From contig ML996708.1 in assembly GCA_010356995.1 (NCBI GenBank), forward strand, positions 310,001 to 374,000: a DNA stretch of 64,000 bases, in the 5' to 3' direction. The notes under the pieces are model-generated. The model saw only the letters and a program-made list of their open reading frames with translations, was not told the DNA's origin and searched no databases. Made by a program: the position numbers and the translations under genes. Position 1 is the first letter of the stretch, and every line of letters begins with the position of its first letter. The DNA is from Trichodelitschia bisporula. Lineage: Eukaryota. Below are positions 57,337 through 64,000 of this stretch, one piece after another.

Positions 57337-59886
57337 ATGGAAGACACCGCATACGAAATGTACAGCGGCAGTGCCTACGCTGAGCTTCAACGCGCCGGCA
57401 CCTTTGCTCAGCGTCGACATACCCGCCGTACCGCACTCATCGAGCCGGGCGACGTGCCCGCGCTCCCCGCATCGCCGCCGCCTCTACCTAAATCCCTCCC
57501 GCTTTTGCCGCGCTCACGGGGATCGTCTGTTGAGTCGTTGACGCCCAAGGATTCGCCCGCTACCTCCGCCGCGGACATTGGCTCCCCGGACTCGGGTGCC
57601 TTCCCGCCCAGTGCCTTGCCGGAGCCGTACCTTCCACTACGCAAGAGCTCGGCGAATCGTCTGCGCCTTCAGACGGGCCAATCCCCCTCGTCCTCTCCCA
57701 AGAAAGCATTCCAGTCACCCACACCATCCACCGCATCCGAGTCACGCAATGTGTCTCCCCGCTCAAAGGACATGCCCCCGCCGCCACTACCGACACCGAC
57801 CACTACCCCGATCCAGGCACCTCTGCTTAAAGACGGAGAGGTCTACGCTTCGCCGACCGTGCTGTGGGGGCGTGCGCGCGGCCTAACCACCAACTCTCCC
57901 CTTCCGCCCAACATTCCTCACCTGCCCTCACCACGCCTCAAAGAGTCTACTTCCATTCCTGACTTTCGTCTTCCGAAGCGCATTTCCTCGACCTACCAAC
58001 CGAACCGGGGTCCAAACGCTCGCGACGCGAACCCATACATGCGAGAGCCCCCCGTGCCATGGCGCGAAGCGGAGGAGGTGAGGTCGAGCTTTCGCTCGGC
58101 CTTGACGAACGGGGAGACGCGGTCGAGCTTTCGATCCGCGTTTACAAATGGTTCTGCAATGACGTACGCGTCATCTGGGTACATTGATGCAAGCGAGACG
58201 GAGCGCAGCAGCGTGCTGACGCGTGCAAGTTCCACCAGCGACAACGAGCAGCGGAGGCAGGCGGAAGAAGAGATGGAAGAGATGGAAGAGGAGGGATTGA
58301 GCGTGGACGATGTCATGGATTTGTACGCCGATGGGTTTGATGAGTCGGACTCGGAGAATTTTGAGGAGAGCTTCGAGGATGCCGAATCTTATCTGGGGCT
58401 GGATGGGACAGAAGCTTCAGGGCCTAAGGCCGAGGCGTCGTCATCAGTAACGCCGCCGCTGAGCCCGGCACATTCGATACCGCACCGCGAGTTGGATATC
58501 CCGAAATCACCATCCGCGCCGCACCTACCCTACTCACCGCTCGAATCACACCCACCAGTCCCCCCCACGCCTTCGTCCCCAAAGACCCCTTCTCCACGAA
58601 GTTCGCCTGCTCCCGCCATCTCACCACAAACATCACCCGTCCTAGGTCCCAAGATGACCTCGATTCCACCTGTTCCCCGGGACCGCTACGGCTTCAAAAA
58701 GGAAACGCAACATGTCTCCGCCGCAGAGTACGACAAATGGAATGCCACATACGAGCCCTACGTCGAGCGGCGCCGCAAGAAATGGATACACCTCATGCGC
58801 AGCAACGACCTTCCTACCGACAAGCCTTTCCGTTTCCCTGCTAAGTCCGACAAGGTCAAGCGGTTCGTACGTAAGGGCATTCCGCCGGAGTGGCGCGGCG
58901 CGGCTTGGTTCTGGTACGCCGGCGGTCCAGCACGCATGGTTGAGCAGCCGCGGTTGTACTGGAACCTGCTTGATATGGCGACGGAAGGCAAGCTCAACGA
59001 TGTAGACCGCGAGCACATTGAGCGCGACCTCAATCGCACCTTTCCCGACAACATTCGCTTCAAGCCTGACACGATGCCGGAGGTGAGCGACGATGAGCGG
59101 CCCGGTCTCATGGGCAAGCAGGGAGAACCGCCGATGATCAGCGCGTTGCGGCGTGTGCTTCAGGCATTTGCTATCCACAATCCGCATGTTGGATATTGCC
59201 AGTCGCTCAACTTCATCGCCGGGCTGCTGCTTCTCTTCCTTGACATGGACGAGGAAAAGTCATTCATTATGCTCGATATCATCACCCGCGATCATCTCCC
59301 CGGGATCCACAACAAGACTCTCGAGGATATCGACATGGGAGTACTCATGAGTTACATTCAGGAGAGTATGCCTGCTGTCTGGAGCAAGATCGACGACGCC
59401 GACGACATGGGCGGAACCGCCTCGGCGCATCTCGTCACACGCCGCCTACCCACCATCCACCTCACCACAACGGCCTGGTTCATGACATGCTTCGTCGGCA
59501 ACCTACCCATTGAGACGGTACTCCGCGTCTGGGACAGCTTCTGGTTCGAAGGCTCAAAGACACTCTTCCGCATCGCCCTCACCCTCTTCAAGGCCGTCGA
59601 AACCAATGTGCGCGCCCTGACCGACCACATGGAAATCATGCAGACGGTGCAAGCGATCCCGCGGCGCTGGATCGACGCCAATTCCCTCATGGAACAGTGC
59701 TTTCGCCGTAGAGGCGGCTTCGGCCATGTCTCGCTCGACAGCATCCAGGCAAGGCGGGAGCAGCGGCGCGCGGCGCTGCTGGAGGCAAGGAGGCGCTCGT
59801 TGAATGGGGCAGGGCCGGTGAAGGCGAGCAGTGCGAGTCCTGTGTCGAGTAGGAGGATTGTGTCACGGGGGAGGCGAGGAATGTAA
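57337..59886 (+). CDS. TBC-domain Rab GTPase-activating protein (Gyp3/Msb3-Msb4-like)
   Basis: RDRYGF, KVKRFVRKGIPPEWRGAAW, IERDLNRTFP (R finger), GYCQSLNFIAG (Q finger), ETVLRVWD; long Pro/Ser-rich N-terminus; intronless. Confidence 0.92.
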   Translation: MEDTAYEMYSGSAYAELQRAGTFAQRRHTRRTALIEPGDVPALPASPPPLPKSLPLLPRSRGSSVESLTPKDSPATSAADIGSPDSGAFPPSALPEPYLPLRKSSANRLRLQTGQSPSSSPKKAFQSPTPSTASESRNVSPRSKDMPPPPLPTPTTTPIQAPLLKDGEVYASPTVLWGRARGLTTNSPLPPNIPHLPSPRLKESTSIPDFRLPKRISSTYQPNRGPNARDANPYMREPPVPWREAEEVRSSFRSALTNGETRSSFRSAFTNGSAMTYASSGYIDASETERSSVLTRASSTSDNEQRRQAEEEMEEMEEEGLSVDDVMDLYADGFDESDSENFEESFEDAESYLGLDGTEASGPKAEASSSVTPPLSPAHSIPHRELDIPKSPSAPHLPYSPLESHPPVPPTPSSPKTPSPRSSPAPAISPQTSPVLGPKMTSIPPVPRDRYGFKKETQHVSAAEYDKWNATYEPYVERRRKKWIHLMRSNDLPTDKPFRFPAKSDKVKRFVRKGIPPEWRGAAWFWYAGGPARMVEQPRLYWNLLDMATEGKLNDVDREHIERDLNRTFPDNIRFKPDTMPEVSDDERPGLMGKQGEPPMISALRRVLQAFAIHNPHVGYCQSLNFIAGLLLLFLDMDEEKSFIMLDIITRDHLPGIHNKTLEDIDMGVLMSYIQESMPAVWSKIDDADDMGGTASAHLVTRRLPTIHLTTTAWFMTCFVGNLPIETVLRVWDSFWFEGSKTLFRIALTLFKAVETNVRALTDHMEIMQTVQAIPRRWIDANSLMEQCFRRRGGFGHVSLDSIQARREQRRAALLEARRRSLNGAGPVKASSASPVSSRRIVSRGRRGM

Positions 59887-60468
59887 GATGGTGGTGGGGA
59901 TTTCTTACTCGATGTATGATATGATAGATGGTGCATTTGCGGGTTTACGTGTTCAAAGGTTCAGCATGGCATAAGGAGGTGGGCTAGGCGGTTATGATAC
60001 CCGTGGGAGTTTCGGTGGTTTTAGCGGCAGGCTGGTCGCGGTGTTTGTAGCTTTGACTACGATTGTGGATGAAAAAAGTGCCTTCAATCATGAATCCTGC
60101 TTGTTTAAATGCCCGTGATGCTGCTCTGCTTGCTGCTTTCTTTGCTGCTCCAGCTACTCCGTGATTAGGAAAGAGGGATGGCATAAAACACGTGACCTCA
60201 TAATGCCGGGAAATCACTTGTCCCGATAAGCAGGGGTATGCCGCGAGACAGGAGAGGCCCAGTGAAGTTGGAAGTGTGGCTTTTCGCAACGCCAGCCTCA
60301 AAGCTCCGTGAACACATCTCCATCTCCGCGCAACTCTCAACCTCCCGCCATCTACGCCGATTCGCACAAACTGACTACTGCAACATCTACGGCACCCCGA
60401 GCTCCTGTCCGTGCAGTCCAAATCAACCTCTCGAACCTCGCCACACTCTCGCCTCGTCGCTCGCAGCA

Positions 60469-61178
60469 ATGGACGCGCCCGAGCCCGCAGAGACGCCCTT
60501 CGCGGCCGTATCAGCGCAGACATCGCGCTGGGGACGGGTACGCTGCTCTACGAGTAGAGAACTCCGCTAATCAGACAGATATACCAAGCCTACCTCGACC
60601 AGAGCACCCCCTACGTCCCCTACCGCTGGACAGGCACAGGCGTGCTGTTCCTCATCTTCGCGTTGCGGATATTCCTCGCGCAGGGATGGTACATCGGTGT
60701 GTGGACTAAAGACCGCGTGTTGAGGAAACCGTATGTGCTGATAAGCAGCAGTGGCCTACTCCGTCGGCATCTATCTCCTAAACCTCTTCCTCGCCTTCCT
60801 AACTCCCAAATTCGATCCATCCCTCGAACAAGACGAGGGCATGGAAGACGGAACCGCGGGCACCGGCTTACCCACTAAGGAAGGCGATGAGTTCCGCCCT
60901 TTCGTGCGCCGGCTCCCGGAGTTCAAGTTCTGGTACAGTACGACTAAGGCCCTCGCTATTGGGTTTGCGTGCACTTGGTTTCGCGCGTTTGATTTGCCGG
61001 TGTTTTGGCCGGTGTTGGTGGTGTATTGGGTGTTGCTGTTTGTGCTTACGAGTAAGTTTCATTGAAATGGGGAGTTAGACGGGGCTGATGAGTGGTAGTG
61101 CGCCGCCAGATTCAGCATATGATCAAGTATCGCTATGTCCCGTTTACAGTGGGCAAGGCGAGGTATCAGCGGAAGTAG
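60469..61178 (+). CDS. RER1: Golgi-to-ER retrieval receptor Rer1, 4 exons
   Basis: Introns 60538-60578, 60697-60751 and 61052-61098 give [11 protein letters not shown]...[27 protein letters not shown]...[16 protein letters not shown]...[17 protein letters not shown]. Confidence 0.95.
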
Positions 61179-61866
61179 GACGGTTGAATCTCGTCGATAC
61201 GGACGGGTGTTTGGAAAGAGTCTGGGCACGGAAGGGAGACACGATCCCTGGGCTATGGGCGGCTGCTATGCTCGTGGGCGCAGCATACATGCGGTAGAAA
61301 CGTGGGGCATCTGTCGGCGTGGCGTTCTTGAGGCAAAGGTGGTTCTGGCAGGGGGACGGTTAGGTGTACGACTGCCCTCTAGGCTGGGATATGAGAGATA
61401 ATGTTGCCTGGTTTCTTTCGTGGTTGTGTTAGTAGGCATGTGAATTGATATGATGATAGGGCTGATGGGTGCTACTCTAATGCTTGGGATCTGCACTGGG
61501 ACTGCGCTTGAGGAGGGGTATTTTTATATTATGTCCGAGCATGCGGGCTCTATTCAACCCCACTCGAGGGAGATGAAGCCCAGTCGGTGGCCTCTGGCAT
61601 CTGTGGTGCTGGTGATACTGTGGTATAGCTGTGGGAGACTGAAGGATGGCAATGCCGATGCCGGCTCACCATCACTCGCAAGCGGAAACCCGCCCACGCA
61701 AACCACATAGTTTCAGATGCAACCAGACATCAGCCTCTTTACATTCCATCGTAAATCCCGTTCCCTATCTCGAAAAGTGAACCCGAAACCCGTCACATGC
61801 CCCGCGGGCCACACGTGCGGCCAGTATCGGGTAAGCTCACCCCAGCACCTCCGGCGTCCCGCCCGG

Positions 61867-61872
61867 CCTCGG
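61867..61872 (+). promoter_or_regulatory. CCTCGG FarA/FarB (CTF1)-type fatty-acid response element
   Basis: Exact CCTCGG about 90 bp upstream of a beta-oxidation gene; a single 6-mer. Confidence 0.4.
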
Positions 61873-61958
61873 GGAAGCTCCAGCTCGCACCTTCAACCCA
61901 CAACTCCTCCTAGCAATTGACCCAGCAATTAACTGCCTATCTCCACCAGTCCGCCAAA

Positions 61959-62899
61959 ATGCTGAACCTCCGCGCCTGGCGGCCCGTCGCCGCACAACTC
62001 GCCCGCCCCGCCATCCGCCCCGCCCCGCGCCGCCTCGTCCCCATGCGCTTCTCTAGCACCGAGGCGACGTCATATGAATTCCTGAAGCTGTCGACGCCGA
62101 AGGAGGGCGTAGCACTCGGTACCGCCCTCCCCTCTCCCCTCTCCAAATTCCTAAGCTAACCCCCGCAGTAACCCTCCACCGCCCCAAAGCCCTCAACGCC
62201 CTCTGCACTCCCCTCTTCAAAGAACTCCACACCGCGCTCGCCTCCCTGGACGCAGACCGGTCCATCGGCGCCATCGTCATCACCGGCTCGGAACGCGCCT
62301 TCGCCGCCGGCGCCGACATCAAAGAAATGAAAGACCTAACCTTCAGCGCCGCCTACAGCGGGGACTTCATCGAGCTATGGAGCGCAGCCGTGGCGCAGGT
62401 TAAGAAGCCGATCATCACAGCCGTGAACGGGTACGCTCTGGGTGGCGGGTGTGAGCTGGCCATGATGGGTGATATCTTGTATTGCTCGGCGGGGGCTACC
62501 TTCGGGCAGCCGGAGATTAAGTTAGGGACTATTCCCGGCGCCGGGGGGAGTCAACGGCTCACCCGCGCGATTGGGAAGAGTAGAGCCATGGAGGTGATTT
62601 TGACAGGGGAAAACTTCAGTGGGAAGCAAGCTGGGGAATGGGGACTTGCGGCAAAGGTTTTTGAAACCCCGGAGGAGTGTGTGGAGGGCGCGTTGGGAAC
62701 GGCGGAGAAGATTGCGCGCTTGTCGAGGGTGGCGGTGAAGGCGGCGAAGGAGGTGGTGAATAAGAGTCAGGATCTTGGGTTGAGGGAGGGGGTGGAGTTT
62801 GAGAGGAGGGTTTTTCATGGGTTGTTTGGGTCGAGAGATCAGAAGATTGGGATGGGGGCTTTTGCGAAGAAGGAAAAGCCGGAATGGAGTCATGAGTAG
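61959..62899 (+). CDS. echA: Mitochondrial short-chain enoyl-CoA hydratase (crotonase), 2 exons
   Basis: Presequence MLNLRAWRPVAAQLAR; intron 62119-62168; LHRPKALNAL, AFAAGADIKEM, ALGGGCELAM and FGQPEIKLG (both catalytic Glu present), PGAGGSQRL. Confidence 0.93.
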
Positions 62900-63156
62900 G
62901 GGATATAAAATGGAGGCGGAGGTTGGAGGGAAGGCTGAGATGGTCGTGATACGGTGATGTTGAATGTCACTCATGCTGCTTGGATATGGGATCAAGGCAA
63001 TGCTTGATTGACTACATCCCACAGAAATGCCCACGCCGGCTTGTCTTCATGTGTCTCTAGGCTTCATTATCAACCTGAGTCTCATGTTCAACATATCCAA
63101 TTCGCATACACATCCCACAACCATCCACTCCCCAGCATCATTCCTACTCCTCCACT

Positions 63157-64000
63157 TCAACCTTCCTCACGAAAAAAGATCCCAATAACAGCCTCCACCG
63201 CGGCCCCTACCCCCCCCTCCGCCACTAGACCACGAAACGTCTCCCCCAGCCTCTCCAGCCCCTTCCTGCTATCAGCCGCATGCCACCCCGGCGGCACCCT
63301 GGCCTCAGCGTCCAGCTCGCTCCTAACGTCGCCCACCCAATCGCAGTACAACACCCAGCTAATCGCGACCTGCACCGCGCCCCGCGCGAGCACGAGCCGC
63401 TGCTGCCCGAGATGCGGCGCGAGTGTCCGGGCCGCGTAATCGCGAAAAACGCGCACGTTGGAGTCGGACTCGGGGCCGGGGGGGGACGGGGGGACGACGA
63501 GCGCTGGGTGGTTGGTGGTTATGGTTGACCAAACGGCCGCGCGCCGCAGGGATATGTCCCACCAGCGGCCTAGGGCGTGGACGAGTACGTTGATGTCGCG
63601 TGCTTTTGCGCGTGCGGAGAGGAAGGGGGATATGCCGACCCAGCGGGGGAGGGGGGGGAGGGTTAGGGTGGTGAGGGTGGGGGTTTGGGGGGTTGGGTGG
63701 GTTATGAGGAGGGTTAAAGTGGTTGTGAAAAGGGAGGCGGGGGATATGAGGGTTATGGTGTGCGTTTGGGAGGTCCCTTCGGGCGGGTGCGGGGTGCTGG
63801 TTATCGTGAAGGGGGTGAAGGCGCGGAGGTCGGCTAATGAAGGGGAGAGGGGGGAGTTGGAGGGGATCGGATCGGACATAGTTGGTGGGGGAGACGGAGC
63901 GGGGAGGGAGAAGGGGAGGAAGGAGGTTAGGAGGGTGGAGAGGGGGGGTTGTGTAGGTTGAGGGGGGGCGTCGGCGTTGATGAGCTTGCTGGGCGGGGGT
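63157..64000 (-). CDS. Conserved hypothetical protein, C-terminal part (5' end outside window); possibly a tandem-RWD kinetochore subunit (CENP-P/Ctf19-like, unverified)
   Basis: Frame is open from 63999 to the stop at 63157 (…LTSFLPFS…GRWWDISLRRAAVW…ISWVLYCDWVG…FRGLVAEGG). The family call is a weak recollection only. Confidence 0.6.
   Translation of the reverse strand, partial: PPPSKLINADAPPQPTQPPLSTLLTSFLPFSLPAPSPPPTMSDPIPSNSPLSPSLADLRAFTPFTITSTPHPPEGTSQTHTITLISPASLFTTTLTLLITHPTPQTPTLTTLTLPPLPRWVGISPFLSARAKARDINVLVHALGRWWDISLRRAAVWSTITTNHPALVVPPSPPGPESDSNVRVFRDYAARTLAPHLGQQRLVLARGAVQVAISWVLYCDWVGDVRSELDAEARVPPGWHAADSRKGLERLGETFRGLVAEGGVGAAVEAVIGIFFREEG

Noticed and set aside
62897..62908. 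Possible stop-codon readthrough to a cryptic peroxisomal signal on echA
   Set aside because: Stop context is TAG-GGG-ATA-TAA; no TGA-CTA readthrough motif and no SKL-like ending.

Overview
Gene-dense region of a filamentous ascomycete (Pezizomycotina, probably Dothideomycetes; this is inferred from gene set and intron signals, not a search). Introns are short (41-70 nt, branch sites of the CTAAC/CTGAC type) and there is one 97-nt assembly gap. About 17 genes can be modelled by hand. In order: a partial single-pass membrane protein, a kelch protein, a DUF1765 protein, ATP14, a Tre/Vps70-like M28 protein, a TMEM16/anoctamin, SKI2, CSM3/Swi3, THOC1/HPR1, a homeobox factor, eIF4G, a putative mitochondrial protein, a small membrane protein, an asteroid/XPG-type nuclease, a TBC RabGAP, RER1, enoyl-CoA hydratase and a partial conserved protein. 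I found no rRNA, tRNA, CRISPR array, autonomous transposon or secondary-metabolite cluster, and no clearly new multi-gene system. The best leads are RNA-level or degenerate-protein features: (1) a long THOC1 intron with mutually exclusive stems, (2) an in-frame eIF4G intron whose 5' splice site sits in a hairpin, (3) an M28 protein that has lost all its zinc ligands, (4) a doubly palindromic ~270-bp element at 37.7-37.9 kb, (5) a candidate 59-aa membrane microprotein, (6) two GC-AG introns in a divergent gene pair with MCB boxes, and (7) a C-rich to G-rich switch along many genes.
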